Of a DNA stretch of 64,000 bases, positions 48,340 to 62,069 are shown in pieces. The translations under genes were made by a program, and so were the position numbers. The DNA is taken from assembly GCA_038087875.1 (NCBI GenBank), contig CM075978.1, forward strand, positions 192,572,001 through 192,636,000. The letters are read 5' to 3'. How positions within the stretch are numbered: position 1 is the stretch's first letter; each line of letters opens with the position of its first letter. Below the pieces are notes generated by a model, which was given only the letters and a program-made list of their open reading frames with translations, did no database searches and was not told where the DNA came from. The stretch comes from Malacoraja senta. Taxonomy: Eukaryota.

Positions 48340-49500
48340 TAGGAAAAGTCAGACTGGCTTTGTGTGGGGCAGATCATGTCTTACAAATGCAACTGAATTT
48401 TTTGAGGAGGTTTAGATGATAATTCGGTTATGGCAGTGGATGTTGATAAAATATTTGACAATGTCCCTCATGGTAGACTGATGCAGAAGATTCTCAGAGA
48501 CTTTGTAGATTAGATTCAAAATTGGTTTGTGCTGGGACATCTTAGTTGCGATATATATCTAAATGATTTGGTCGAAAATGTCGGTGGGGGGGAGGGGGTT
48601 ATGAGTAAGTTTGCATAAACACTAAATATCGGAGGAGTTGTGGATCATATTGTTAAAAGACAAGCAGGATATTGATCAGTTGGAAATGTGGGTGGAGAAA
48701 TGGCAATGGTGTTTAATGCAGACATGGGTATGGTGTTGCACTTTGGCGGGACAAATGTTAAAGGTAAGTATACAGTAAATGACCCTGAGGAGCAATAACA
48801 GGGATTTTGGGGTGAAAGTCTATGGCTCCATGAACGTGGCAACACTCCATAAGGTAACAAAGAAGACATGTGTCATTGGTTGTTGAACATACAAGTCAGG
48901 AGGTCCTGTTGCAACTCTATACAACTTTGGGCCACATTTGGTGTATTGTGTGCAGTTCTGATAGCCACATTATACGAAGAATGATGAGCCTTTGGAGAGG
49001 ATCCAGAAGAGGTTCACCAAGGTGTTGCCATTAATAGACAGCATTTGAGATTGGACAAACTTGGATTGTTTCCTATGGAGTGTTGGAGGCCTAGAGTACT
49101 TTAAGGGAGGTGTAGAAAATTCCAACGAATAAATATCACTTGCAATTTGTCCTGGACCAGCCACATCTAAGCAATGATCAAGAAAGCACAGCAACGCCTC
49201 TACTTCCTTAGAAGGCTCAGGAAGTTTGGCAAGTCCCCAACAAGCCTCACCAATTTCTACAGATGCACTGTAGAAAGCATTTTATCGTGATCAATCACAG
49301 CAGGGTTTGGGTGTCTGGAAGTGCTGTCAGGGTAGGTGGTGGAAGCAGATACAATGGCAACTTTTATGTGTCAGGAGAGGAATGGAGAGATGTGGACCTT
49401 GTGCAGAGATGTGAATAGTTTAAATTGGCATCACGTTCGGCGCAGACATTGTGGGTCAAAGGGCATGTTCCTGTGCTCTGCTGTTCTGTGCTGTATGATT
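48340..49500 (+). mobile_element. Old decayed CR1 with a Rex1 piece (49130-49310)
   Basis: Degenerate RT and C-terminal motifs. Confidence 0.6.
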
Positions 49501-49874
49501 CGTGCCCAGAACTATGTACGGCTGATTTCCCCATGTAGCTTCATATCAATATGAAAGTGGACGCTCTGGAAGCATCATCTTGGCAGATTTCAATAAAGCA
49601 AAAAAATTGAATTTTTTCTGAAAATGTTTACTGTCAAAGAATTGATTCTTGTGAGAGACATATCACATGTATGTTTCTAAGGGGAGAAATGTTGAAGGAA
49701 TGCAGCTTTTTGAAGATGGCTTTCTATCCATGAAGTTCCTGAAACTATAACAACATTTAAAGGTACTATAACAACATTTAATTGGTACTATAGCAACATT
49801 TAAAAAGGCGGCTCGGTGGCGCAGCGGTAGAGTTTGTGCCTTACAATACTTGCAGCGCCAGAGACCCGGGTTCA

Positions 49875-51390
49875 AGAGAGTCAAGAGTGTTTTATTGTCA
49901 TGTGTCCCAGATAGAACAATAAAATCCTTACTTGCTGCAGTACAACAGAATATGTAAACACAATACACTGTAAACAATATAATAAACGAGAGAAGAAGAA
50001 AAAAGTTCAGTGTGTATAGACACACATACCCACAAGTACACATGCGCGCACACACACGCAAGCATGCACGCACGCACGCACGCACGCACGCGCACACACA
50101 CACACACACACACTCAAAAAACAAACAATAGTTTAGTTTAGAGATACAACGAGGAAACAGGCCCTTCGGCCCACCGGGTCTGCGCCGACCAGCAATCCCC
50201 ACACAATTAACACTACCCTGCACCAACTACGGACAAGTTTTACATTTATACCAAGCCAATTGACCTACAAACCTGAACGTCTTTGCAGTGTGGGAGGAAA
50301 CCGAAGATGTCGGAGAAAACCCACGCAGGTCACGGGGAGAACGTACAAACTCCGTACAGACAGAATCCGTAGTCGGGATCGATCCCGGGTCTCCGGCGCT
50401 GCATTCGCTGTAAGGCAGCAACTCTACTGCTGCGCCACTGTGACCGCCGTGATTAGTAGTGCAATAATAATAATAATAATTATTATAATAATAGTCTATT
50501 GAAGTTCAGCGCGTATTTAAGGTTGTAGTGTTTAAGAACCTGATGGCTGTGGGAAAGTAGCTGTTCCTGAACCTGGACGTTACAGTTTCAGGCACCTGTA
50601 CCTTCTTCCTGATGGCAGGGTGAAATGAGTGTGTGGCCAGGATGGTGTGGGTCTCTGATGATGCTGGCTGCCTTTTTGAGGCAGCGACTCCGATAAATCC
50701 CTTCGATGGTGGGGAGGTCAGAGCCGGTCATGGACTGGGCAGTGTTCACAACTTTTTGCAGTCTTTTTCGCTCCTGGGTGTTCAAGTTGCCGAATCAGGC
50801 CATGATGCAACCAGTCAATATGCTCTCTACTGTACACCTGTAGATGTTCAAGAGAATCCTCTCTGACATAACGAATCTCCGTAATATTCTCAGGAAGTAG
50901 AGGCATTGATGTGCTTTATTTATAATTGCATCAATGTGCTGGGTCCAGGAAAGATCTTCTGAAATATGCACACCCAGGAATTTGAAGTTCTTGACCCTTT
51001 CCACCATCGACCCATTGATATAAACAGGATTGTGGGTCCTCTTCCTTCCTCTTCCAAAGTCCACAATCAGTTCATTGGTTTTACTGATTGTTGTGCTGGC
51101 ACCATTTGGTCAATCTGTCGATCTCATTTCTATTCTCCGACTCATCACCATCTGTAATTTGAACAAAAACGGTGGTGTCGTCGGCAAACTTGAAGATGGA
51201 GTTCGCACTGTGTCCAGCTACACAGTCATGAGTATATAGTGAGTAGAGCAGGGGGCTGAGCACGCAGCCTTGAGGCGCTCCTGTACTGATTGTTAATGAG
51301 GAAGAAGTATTTCTGCCAATTCGAACAGACTGTGGTCTGTGGATGAGGAAGTCGAGGATCCAATTGCAGAGGGATGCGCAGAGACCCAGT
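49875..51390 (-). mobile_element. Rex1/Babar LINE 3' portion with a nested V-SINE (50130-50447, -), itself inserted in a V-SINE (49807-49873 and 51395-51512)
   Basis: ORFs with [43 protein letters not shown] and YRCTVESILTGCI. Confidence 0.85.
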
Positions 51391-52699
51391 TCCGATCCCG
51401 AGATGTTCGGTTTCTTCCCACACTCCAAAGACATACAGGTTTGTAGGTTAATTGGCTTTGTATAAAAAAAATGAAAGTGTTAGGAAAGTGTTAATATGCG
51501 GGGATCGCTGGTTGGACAGGTATCTGAGTAAAAAGGTTTCGAGGGATTTCAATGGATTTGGCAGGTTTTGGGCTGATAAATGGCAAGTAACATTGACACT
51601 ATAGGCAACGATTGTTCCTATCACGAGTGACGTTACCACCACGCTATATATCCCATCATCAACATCTTGTGAATGATCATTGACCAGAAACTTAACTGGA
51701 CAGCAACTTGAATATGGTAACTATGTACATAGACAGAGGCTGGATATCCTGTCGTTTAAGTTTAGGTTTATTATTGTCACATCCATTGAGATACAGTGAA
51801 AAGTTTTGTTTTGCATGTTATCCAAACTGATCAGGTTAGAGACAATCAAGTCAAACTCAAGTACAATATATAGAACATGGGGAAAGATACAGAGTACTGA
51901 ATATATTTCTCTGCATTAGTTTGCATCAGTTCCTTAAACAAAGCCCAATGTCCTCAACGGGGTAGTGGTGAATCGAGCACCTTGATTAATACCCTAGGTT
52001 ATGGAAGGATCACAAAATCAGATTCACAAGCCTGGTATCAGAGAGGAAGAAACTGTTCCTGAGTGGGTGATTTGCTTCTCCAAGGCAGCCATGCTGAATA
52101 TTCGAGCTTTTACCCTGGTACACAATAGGTGCAGCATGTTCCATCTACAGACCAAGACCTCCAAATTCCAATGCACCTCCCACATTCTTGACCTGTGTCA
52201 CCCAAATGGAGAAAGATAGTGGAGAAAATAGCAGGAACACGTTAAAGTTCTCTTCCAAATCTTAATACCCAGACATGGACATCTATGGCCATTCCTTCAT
52301 CGTTGTTATTCAAAGTTGTGAAACTCCCCATCCAATTAAACTGGTAGTTCTTTCATTGCACAGAAGGTCTAAGTTTATTAAGAAAGCGAGCTACCAATTT
52401 TTTTAAGGCCAACTAGAGGTAGACTTCTTGAGAATGAAGAAAAAATTGCAAATAAAAATAGTTTGGTCGGACCATTACGTGTGAAACTAGATTTATTCCA
52501 ATGTTTTCCTGAAAAACCTTTCATCCCTCATTTTAAATGAACTACTTCACCGCACTATATCCTAATGTGTGTCCCATCCTGTTCATATGTGTGTACAGTC
52601 TCTGGAATTCCAAATGTTTAGCTTTTTGTGTCAGAAAAGATAGCCCTGAAAGTGCTTCTTGCTCACTAACAAGGTTAAGAACATCTTGTGATTAGTGGC

Positions 52700-54940
52700 A
52701 GGGGGGGGATTTTGTGTGTCGTGATCTTCATTGGAACTGCTGACAAAGATATAACTAGGAATGAAACCCTGCGGGAGGAATTTGAGGAACTAGCGATCAA
52801 ATTAAATACAATAACTCAAAGATAATAACCTTGAGATTGCAACATGAGCCACGTGTAAATTGATATGGGTTTGAACAATGCAGGGAGTTAAGCACATGGT
52901 GAAGAAGTTTGGGTGTGGAGGGATTTAATTCTTGGGATATTTGGCAGTAATGGTAGAACACGATCTGGTCTTAAATATAACTGGGATTAGTTAATTAGGG
53001 CTGTATAGGGGACTTTAAACTCAAGGGGCTGTGGATAGACAGGATTAAAATAAGGGAAATGTTACAGATTTAAAGAGAAATGCTGTGGCCATTGAGCGAA
53101 GTTGCTATTTTGGTAAGGCAGCAACTCTACCGCTCTGCCGCCATAAATGTATATACGTCAATATACTACAGTATTCATTGGATTTTTCCAAATATACTGG
53201 ATGAGTGAAAGTAGGAGTAATAAGGAGAACATATTCATGGAATGTATGTAAAATGTATTTCTAGATCTAGGTGTTGAAGGCCCAGATAGTGGGAAGACTG
53301 TTTTAAATCTTGCTTTGTGCAACAACAAAGGGTTATTTGATGGCTCTTGTTGTTCATTTAGGGAAAGGTGTCTTTAACAACAAAATTACAAAGGTATGAT
53401 ATGCGAGTTGGCTTGGATGGGTTGTTGACATTTATTGATAGACATCATGGTGGATAGGCAGTGGTTTACATTGAAGGATCCAATGCAGAAGCTGCAATGG
53501 TGAGACATTCCTTTCTGGGGTAAAAGCATAACAGGAAAAGCACTCTAACCATGGTTAACAAAGGAATTTAAGAATTCTATTACAGGCACCTTGTGTTTGA
53601 TGCAGGCTTACATTCCTGAAAAGCAGCGTGTAATTCAAAAATGTGTAAATTAATCCTATAAAATGTAAAAAAAATTACAGGCGTATATTTGAGTCCATTA
53701 TTTTAAAAATACAGCGCACAAATTAGGGTTTGGTATTAAACAAGTGCCTAATTTCAAAACTGCATAAATCAAACACATGAGGTGCCTGCGGATCTAAAGA
53801 GGAATTGTGGAAAGTTCTCAGTGAAAGCAAGCATGAGGATTGAGAGCAGTTTAGTATTCAGCAAAGAAAGGACAATGAGAATAATTAAGAGTGAAAGCTG
53901 AATATGACAGTAAACTTAAAGATGAAGAAACGAGGAACTGCAGATGCTGGATTTTGTCTAGGAAAGACACAAAATGCTGGAGTAGTGGGTCAGGCAGCAT
54001 CTTTGGAGAACATGGATAGGTGACGTTTTGGGTTAGAATCCTTCTTCAAAAATGAACTGCAAACGTTTTTACGGGTATAAAGGTAAAAAAAGATTTATGA
54101 ACTCAAGTCCCTTATAATGAGAAAAGTGAGAATGGGGAACTAAGAATTGGCAGAATTATTATATCAATATTTTAGTTTATTCTTCATGGAAGAGGAAAAA
54201 ATAACTTCCCAGAAGTGCCAGGGAACTAACAGTTTAATGAAAAGAAGGCATTATAGAAAATTAGCATCAGAACAAAAATAGTGCTGGAGAAATTAATAGG
54301 ACTGAAACCTATATATTCCCAGGGCTTGATAATCTGTATCCCAGAGTACAAAAATAGGTAGCCATGGATACAGTGAATGCATTGATTGTCGTCTTCCAAA
54401 ATTCTATAGATATGGAAGATCCCTGCAGACTGAAGGGTGGCAGATGTAAATGCATTATCTCAAGACCTTCAGTTCCAGCAATGTCCTTGCAAATCTTTTC
54501 TGCATCACACCCTTCCAATAGTATGTTGTACAGCCCTTCAAGTGTGGTCTCATTGATGCTTTGTGAAGCTGTAACATGACATCCCAATTCTTGTACTCAA
54601 TGCTCCGATCCATGACGGCAAGTCTGCCATATGCCATCTTCACCACCCTGTCCACCTGTGTTGCCACTTTCAGGGAACAATATACTAGTACCTTGGGTCT
54701 CTCTGTTCGACACTCACCAGGACTCTGCTATTCACTGTGGATGTCCTCCCAGGCTTTAACTTCCCAAAATGGATCACCACATTTGCCCGGGATAAATTCC
54801 ATCTGCCATTCCTTTGCGCACTCTCCTTGCTAGATCTAGAACCTGAAGTAACCTTGGACAATCATCTTCACATCACCAATTTTGGTGTCATCTGCTAGGT
54901 TGTTGATCATGCCACTTATATTCTCATCCAAATCGTTAAG
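52700..54940. mobile_element. Old, heavily decayed CR1 segments (+ to ~54445, - from ~54450)
   Basis: Residual similarity to ORF1 and ORF2 of the CR1 at 24420-28292. Confidence 0.6.
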
Positions 54941-55909
54941 ACTTTGAATCTAAAGGTTAATTCACAGCACACTCTGCAGTTGCTTTGGTTTGCTGTTTAC
55001 CTTGCCACAAGGGCATAGTTTATAATCTTGAAAAATACTAATGTGGAGGAATATGTGAATTGGTACTATTTATTGAACGTTGCAATATGTATTATGTATT
55101 GTGATAATAGACAGTGCTGTATGAGGAAGCGACGACATCTTTTGTCTTCATCAGTGCAAGGAATAATGAGGAATTTCAATTTACAGCTAATTTTAGACAT
55201 CTTTGCAGCACACTTTACAGACATAACGTTGGCCCTGGAAATTACTCATCTCTTTATTTCACGGATTGAGAGCTAAAGAACTCTGCCCATTCCATTGCAA
55301 TGTTTGAAATCCTACTTGGAAGATTCTGTTTCTATTACATTTCTCAAATTGTGGAGTACAGGCAAATAAATAAATGATGGGTCTTTGTCCCAAACATCAT
55401 GGAGGGCACTGTACATCCAATGAATTTGCCTCGACTGCCTTCTGCGGCAGAGAATTCCACACATTCTCTGCATTGTTGCATGCAGACCTGATCACTTAAA
55501 TGATACCATAAAAAAACAAACCACAAGGTGCTGGAGTAACTCAGTGGGTACCCGTGACCAGGTTGGGATGAATGGGTTGTTTCTGCTGTATATCCTAAGT
55601 CATTTTTGATCTAGCCTTTTTTACACCATACATGCTCTTTGTACCCTTCCATATCACTACTATCCCTCTCCCCTGACTCTCAGTCTGAAGAAAGGTCTCG
55701 ATCTGAAACATTACCCATTCCTTCTCTCCAGAGATGCTGCCTGTCCCGCTGAGTTACTCCAGCATTTTGTGTCTATCTTCGGTATCAGTTCCTTCCTACA
55801 CACTATAAGTCATTTCATGCTTCCTTTTACAGTGTATTTTACTTTTCTGCAGGCCTCATCAATTCCTTGCAAGGATTCGTTATGCACACATGAACAATCA
55901 TCAAACATA

Positions 55910-56110
55910 GAAGGTAGACACAAGTGCTGGAGAAACTCAGCGGGTGCAGCAGCATCTATGGAGCGAAGGAAATAGGCAACGTTTTGAAGAAGGGTTTCGG
56001 CCCAAAACGTTGCCTATTTCCTTCGCTCCATAGATGCTGCTGCACCCGCTGAGTTTCTCCTGCACTTTTGTCTACCTTCGATATTCCAGCATCTGCAGTT
56101 CCTTCTTAAA
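55910..56110. mobile_element. Penelope-derived palindrome
   Basis: Near-perfect inverted arms. Same subfamily as 23474-23715. Confidence 0.8.
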
Positions 56111-56367
56111 CATCAAACATAGAACTTTGGCCAATTTATTCTCTTGCCAATCTCTAATCCATTGGGTTGAGGTCTATTAGAATGATCCCACCACTGCATT
56201 GACCGAGATTAGTTGATGCTACTGTCGTGGGTTGAACTTAAGATCTTCCTGATGTCTAATGCTTAGGAACGTGATTTATTTATTTTTGATAAACTTCATT
56301 TATTTTTTTCACTTTGTTATATTTGCAGGTACAGTGGATAAAAACAGTTTAGTGTAGGTAAATTTGG

Positions 56368-56451
56368 AATGGAAAGTGTTTCCCTCAGGACACCAATCTC
56401 AATTGCACAATGCAACCGAGAATGACTTCCTGAGGGAAAACACTTTCCATT
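56368..56451. repeat. Unique inverted repeat (23-bp stem, 37-nt spacer)
   Basis: AATGGAAAGTGTTTCCCTCAGGA pairs with TCCTGAGGGAAAACACTTTCCATT, with a single bulge. Confidence 0.85.
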
Positions 56452-57385
56452 ACTAAAAGGCCTGTTGTCTGAATTACGCACAGCATGGAGCACGGCAGGA
56501 AAAGTTGACTTGAGCAGGTAAATTAAATATTACTTAAATAATATGCAGTCATGAACTGAAGTGTAACAATACCGCTGGATAATAGATATACATTAAAATC
56601 ACTATCCATTATTGTGGGGTTAAAACCATTTCCAGGGTTCAGGGACTATCAGTTCTTCTCTGTTTAAATGGAATACCAGCTATTACTGGAGAAAAAAGCT
56701 TGTATCATGACTTGCGACACAGAATATTCTGGTGACATTTGATGTCAATTTGTTTTTTTGGTCCATTTAATAACAGCAAATAAAAACACCCACAGAAATA
56801 GAATTATACACGTTTCACGAGCTCGGCAGCAAAATTATTATTCATGGTGATGACATGGTTTTGGAAAATGGAAAAAAATAGGTTGTTGAGAATTTGAAGA
56901 TGAATGGAAGTCATGAGGTAAACAAAAACAAATGCTAAAATGGATTTTGCACTGGGCTAATGTAATCTCAAGAGTTTTCCTTGCATGAACAAGGCTCTGC
57001 CCTCTCAGTCGAAGGACATCAGAATCCATTAGTCGCAATATTGCCTTTTAAAATGCATCCATCTCTATTCTCATTTGATTTAAAAATACATTGATTATCC
57101 TGTACTGGTAAATTACTGATCAAATCAGGAAAAATGAGCAAGGATGATTTCTGCCTCTGTCCATGTACTGATTTATGCCTACAAAAAAATGATTGAGCTT
57201 ACTAAGTTATAGGTTATTGGTGATTGATGATGGAATACTCGTCACTCTCTCGTCTTGGGTCAAGCAATGCAACGGAATCCAGCACTGGTTCTTGAGCTCT
57301 CAAACCACTCTTCCAATCATTCCTAGACCTCAGATTTTTGATTTTATTCTATTATATTATGCCCTAAACAACTGGTTTAGGCAAA

Positions 57386-57605
57386 AGATAGACACAACGT
57401 ACTGGAGTAACTCAGCGAGTCAGGCAGCATCTCTGGACAAAAAGGATGGGTGACGTTTCAGGCCGGGACCCTTCTTCAGACTGAACAAGGGTCCCAACCT
57501 GGAACGTCACCCATCCTTTTTATCCAGAGATGCTGCCTGACCTGTAACGTTACACCAGCACATTGCGTCTATCTTTGGTATAAACCAGCATCTGCAGTTC
57601 TTTGT
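57386..57605. mobile_element. Penelope-derived palindrome with hammerhead-like cores on both strands
   Basis: CTTCTTCAGACTGAACAAGGG centre with inverted arms. Confidence 0.8.
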
Positions 57606-58191
57606 TTCTACAACTAGTTTAGGCTCCTCAGACCACTTTAGAATCTTGTCGGGAATGATGAATGGAGGCTTTTATTCCATCCTTTTGTAAAGTTTAATGT
57701 TCCTCAGAGTTAAAGGGATTGTGTAATCCAATCCTTTCTTTACTATTTACACCTACATGCATCCCTCGCTTATCCCAAACCAGCATATCTGTGTGAAAGT
57801 TGAAGCAGGAGTGGAGGGTGAAATTTTTTGTATCCCACCCAAGAATGGAAAGGCACAATCAACATAGATGGTTGTCCGTTACCTGAGAGACTGGCGCACA
57901 AAAAAGTCACAGCCATCTTGTAAAAGCTGTATAAACTGTAGTGGTATTCCTCCATCAAAAGCTAACAACTATAGAGGCCGAGAATCTAAACTAAAAACCG
58001 AAAATACTTCAGTGTTTCTGCCTTCAATTTTACTTTTATTGTCTGTTGAGTTTGATGTTTTGCTTTTGGTGGGTAATATTTTATACAATATACAATAGAT
58101 TTTTGACTGTTTGAATGAATCTTTCTAGGATTTGGTTTTGACAAATGTTAAGTTTGTTGAATTTTTTGATTACCAATTACTTTGTAGATAA

Positions 58192-58660
58192 TTTTAAGAG
58201 CATGTTACCAGGACTAGAGGGTTGGAGCTATAGTGAGTTGAGTAGGCTGGGTCTCTATTCCTTGGAGCGCAGGAGGATGGAGGATGGGGGGGGGGGGGGA
58301 TGTTATAGAGGTGTATAAAATCATGGGAGGAATAGATCGGGTAGATGCACTGAGTCTCTTGCCCAGAATAGGGGAATTGAGGACAAGACGACATAGGTTT
58401 AGGGTGAAGGGGAAAAGATTTAATAGGAATCTGAGGAGTAACTTTTTCACACACAAAGGGTGGTGGGGTATGGAACAAGCTGCTAAAGGAGTTGAGGCAG
58501 GGACTATCCCAACGGTTAAGAAATAACTAGACAGGTACATGGAAAGGACAGGTTTGGAGGGATATGGGCCTGACGCGGGTAGGTGGGACTAGTGTAGCTG
58601 GGACATGTTGGCAGTTGGTCCGAAGGCCCTGCCTTCCATGCTGTATCACTGCATGACTAT
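58192..58660 (+). mobile_element. CR1 3' fragment
   Basis: ORF 58284..58526 is the ORF2 C-terminus. Confidence 0.85.
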
Positions 58661-59716
58661 AAAATACGCATATAGATATTCTAGTCTTGGTTTCAAATTA
58701 TTAACGTAGTTTAGATGGCTTTAATAAATGTAATTGGATATGAAAATCTACTAAGTGTTGACAATGAAGTTTTTGGATAAAATTAGAAGTTTTAGAGTAA
58801 TTGTAAAAGTCAGAAAGTGTTTCTATTTTCACTCCTGCTTCAGTCATCATCATAATGTCACAGCCACTTTGGGTTCTTATTTTACAATTTTATTTACTTA
58901 CTCAAATTTGAGATGGTACAGCTTTCACAAGTTCACAAGTTATAGGAGTAGAATTAGGCCATTCAGCCCATCGAGTCTACTCTGCCATTCAATCATGGCT
59001 GAACTCTGCCTCCTAATCCCATTTTCATGCCTTCTCCCCATGACCTTTGACACCCATTCTTTTACTAAGCCATATTTAATATTTATATTCATATTTATAC
59101 CAGCTTCATTAAACCATATTTAACATTTTCAACAGATTTATTTATTTGTCATTAATAAGTCATTGTTGAATTTTGAATTGTTGAATTTAATTGAGAACAG
59201 ATTATGTCAGATGAATGATCATGGGTTGCTAATACTGTGTTTACGTGTGTAGTCTTTTCAGTGTGCAGCCAACAGTCTTCTCAGGGGTGACTTCATGCTA
59301 TAGCTAAATCTGAGCTGAACCATGCTGCAAGCAGGTAAGATCAGCTTGTAACCTGCGTGGGCTTTCGGCTAGAGTAGCTCGCTTTGTGTCGGGCTAGAGT
59401 GTGGTACCAGATTGAGAAAAGTTGAATTGCCCTCGACTTTAATCTGCATTTGGTGAAAATATATGCAAACTGGTCTAAAAGATAAACCCAAACCCAGATT
59501 ATACCGAATAAAAATGGCGTGGACAAGTTTGCAATTGCGCTCCTAATTACGTGTTTGGGATTGATCTCCTGTCTGACAGACGTATTGTGTTGAATTGCCA
59601 TAAATGTCTGTTCAACAGCTGACTCACTCATCCCATTCTGTCGTGTCATTTGGTGCTTCAAACAAAACACGGTGTAGGTTTGGCATTGGGTTTAAATAGC
59701 GCTGGGTTTTGGAAGT

Positions 59717-60007
59717 GTTTAGTTTAGAGATACAGGGCAGAAACAGGCCCTTCCTGCCGACCAGCGATCCCCGCACACTAACACTATCCTACACACACTA
59801 GGGGCAATTTAGTTTTATGCCTAGCCAATTAACCTACAAACCTATGCATCTTTGGAGTGTGGGAGGAAACCGGAGATCCCATAGGAAACCCACGCAGGTC
59901 ATGGGGAGAACATGCAAACATCGTATGGTCAAGCACCCGTAGCCGGGATCGAACCTGGGTCTCTGGCGCTGTGAGGCAGCAACTCTACTGCATCGCCACT
60001 ATGCCGC
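59717..60007 (-). mobile_element. V-SINE (HE1-like)
   Basis: Reverse complement of a full SINE. Confidence 0.85.
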
Positions 60008-60589
60008 TTGGACTGGAGTGGTCATGTGTTGGATCTTAAAATTACTGCCACATATAAACCTTCCACTTTCCAATAATTCTATCAATTTGAAAAGCCTGTG
60101 ACCATTGGTTGTATTTTGGAATAGACTATTAAATGTTTCAATTTCCACCTAAAACTTCCAAAAAAACATTGTAGGATTTGGTTTTTCTGGTGTTATAGGA
60201 ATACATTCTGATTTTCGGTTTTTAAAAAAAATGAAAGTAAATTGACTGCGCTTTTCAGTTTGTATATTGTATTCTGAAATAGTGCCTCAGAAATAATACA
60301 AGCATCAGTTTATCCCAGAGAACAAGGTTCTTCCATTTGTTATTCTGGTGACCACTTATAATCTATTGATCACGATTTTACAGCTTAGTTTGATTGTTTT
60401 ACTGAAACTTGAATAATAGTGACAATCAAAATGAGCAAGATTTTAATGTTACAGTAAAATTCTTTGGTGTAAATTATTTAAGGCTCTTTCATCTTGAAGG
60501 AGATTATTTTGATTGTGTAGTGGCAATATCCCTTCAGACCAGCTCTGAAGTCTGAAGCCAGCCATTGACTGTTTATAATGTCATAAAAA

Positions 60590-60835
60590 TGAACTGCAGA
60601 TGTTGGTTTATACCAAAGGTAGACACAAAGTGCTGCAGTAAGTCAGCAGCATCTCTGGAGAAAATGGATAGGTGACGTTTCGGGTCTGGACCCTTCTTCA
60701 GACTCAGAGTCAGGGGAGAGGGAAACTAGAGGTATGGAAAGGTTCAGAACAATTCAGACCATTATAAAGAAAAACGAGCATCTCTGGAGAAAATGAAGAG
60801 GTGACTTTTCGGGTCTGGACCCTTCTTCAGACTGA
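60590..60835 (-). mobile_element. Penelope-derived tandem arms with hammerhead cores
   Basis: Minus-strand AGU-CUGAAGA-A-GGGUCCAGACCC-GAAAC-GUC at 60671-60704, with a second copy at ~60800-60833. Confidence 0.75.
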
Positions 60836-61339
60836 TTGTGGGGCGGGGAAACGGACAATGGAGATTGGGAGGGTGGGGATAAAAATCACAGCAAATCAGG
60901 GCCAGCAATAGTAACTACTTTTAACCTGTTTGTCTACAGGAGATCTGTGCACGTGGGTCTTATCTGAAGACACTTGCAGGATTCTTGATACTATTTTAGG
61001 TGAGATTAGCTAAATTAGGAGATGTCAAGTATTAAACTTTCTGTCCTGGTACAGCAAATGAATAGTAAATGTGTTTTTTTGGACATCTTTATTCTACTTT
61101 TAATATTGAATTTCCATTTATATTTATCTGTCATTAATCTCTCATGTGGGAGATTTTTTTCCCCCTTAAGGGGAGTTTTTTGTTTAAATTATCATTTTAT
61201 ATTTGAAAATTGCTTCAATTGCATGCACTGTTTGATGTTTGAAATGGCAAGTGCAGGATGCACCCATTTTCGAGAACTTTAGTCCGGTTTTGATTTAAGT
61301 AACAAGTTTCTTGTTTGTAATATGAAATTATTGTTCATA

Positions 61340-61800
61340 AGTTCTAGGAGCAGAATTAGGCCATTCAGCCCATCAAGTCGACTCTGCCATTCAATCATGG
61401 CCAATCTATCTTTCCCTCCTAACCCCATTCTCCTGCCTTCGCACCGACCCCATGACACGCGTACTAGAGTCATAGCGTGATACAGCGTGGAAACGGGCCC
61501 TTCAGCCCAACATGTCCCAGCTACACTAGTCCCACCTGCCTGCGTTTGGTCCATATCCCTCCAAACTTGTCCTATCCATGTACCTGTCTAAGTGTTTCTT
61601 AAATGTTGGGATAGTCCCAGCCTCAACTACCTCCTCTAGCAGCATGCTCCAGACACCCACCACCTTTTGTGTGAAAAAGTTACCCCTCGGATTCCGATTA
61701 AATCTTTTCCCCTTCACCTTAAACCTATGTCCTCTGGTCCTCGATTCACCTACTCTGGACAAGACACGCTGTGCATCTACCTGATCTATTCTAATGATTT
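61340..61800 (-). mobile_element. Two CR1 3' fragments
   Basis: ORF 61526..61762 plus CR1 tails. Confidence 0.8.
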
Positions 61801-62069
61801 AATATATGTGGAAACACAATTTTTTGGAAAGAATGGAGGCTTCAAAATTATCATCCACAAGTTCATTTAAGAAGTAAATAATATAGCAAAGGATCACACC
61901 CCATGCACTTGTCAAAGGAATGGGCTCTTTTAATAAGACTGCATGCAAATACTGGATTTAATGGCATAAGTGATAGACTGTAAATGTTAAGTTGTGCTAA
62001 CAGTTATTTTTAAATTCGATATAAATGTTTCTTGATCTTTATGCATTGGGTAGATCTTGTGAATGTTGG

